Assembly (NCBI GenBank): GCA_022787565.1
Contig: JALFVN010000073.1
Location: 24,265-88,264, forward strand
Direction of reading: 5' to 3'
Length of the DNA stretch: 64,000 bases
Origin: Clostridiales bacterium
GTDB lineage: Bacteria > Bacillota > Clostridia > Oscillospirales > Oscillospiraceae
Part shown: positions 63,866-64,000 of the stretch, in pieces
How the letters are laid out: the number at the start of each line of letters is the position of its first letter
How positions within the stretch are numbered: position 1 is the stretch's first letter
The notes under the pieces: model-generated
Databases searched by the model: none
What the model saw: only the letters and a program-made list of their open reading frames with translations
What the model was told of the DNA's origin: nothing
Program-made: the position numbers and the translations under genes

Positions 63866-64000
63866 ATGTCCAGTAGAATTTTCCAAGGTGTGATCACGCA
63901 GATGAAGGATGCCGTCGACAGAACAATTGGTGTGGTGGACGATCAGGGCTACGTTGTGGCGAGCAGCGAGCTTGCTCTGATCGGCTCCCGGCTTGACGAC
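63866..64000 (+). CDS. CdaR/PucR-like regulator, N-terminal fragment (3'-truncated by window)
   Basis: AGGAGG lies 8 nt upstream. MSSRIFQGVITQMKDAVDRTIGVVDDQGYVVASSELALIGSRL resembles the N-terminal sugar-diacid-recognition domain. Only 45 codons are visible. Confidence 0.4.
   Translation, partial: MSSRIFQGVITQMKDAVDRTIGVVDDQGYVVASSELALIGSRLDD

Overview
This window looks like a high-GC Firmicutes/Clostridia chromosome, probably from an anaerobic gut organism; the taxonomy cannot be checked here. About 60 protein genes are supported.

Main gene content, in order:
- A ribosome-linked module: an EF-G/TetM-like GTPase fused to a Rae1/YacP-type NYN domain, followed by an overlapping YlmH-like S4 gene.
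- pepT, then an MFS / CBM9-like / N-acetylhexosamine-kinase-like cluster.
- A pair made of an FMN oxidoreductase and a PflX-like radical SAM protein.
- trmL and the pgk-tpiA-gpmI glycolytic operon.
- A NifU-like / GGGtGRT gene pair.
- Two tandem CapA paralogs and the membrane pyrophosphatase hppA.
- A ~20-kb cell-envelope glycan locus: rfbACBD, several glycosyltransferases, wecB, a Glf-like flavoprotein and a TagGH-like ABC exporter. It encloses a Dlt-like carrier-protein acylation cassette with its own Na+/solute symporter.
- znuACB-like metal uptake, two ABC importers and an M20 amidohydrolase.
- An hsp20 gene preceded by a perfect CIRCE element.
- lrgAB, tandem SnoaL-like paralogs, tatD, an msrC-like GAF protein and rsuA.

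No rRNA, tRNA or CRISPR array was recognised.

Intergenic space is dominated by four families of short structured repeats (labelled A to D here).
- Family C is a ~196-208-bp element with terminal inverted repeats. It occurs three times, and each copy is flanked by a duplicated ~30-bp local terminator hairpin.
- Family B is a double-hairpin inverted repeat. One pair bounds a DUF559 pseudogene; other pairs occur as gene-less MITE-like copies.

A Phe/Tyr-rich leader ORF plus terminator precedes one ABC importer. Many long ORFs in the supplied track are antisense artefacts of the high GC content.
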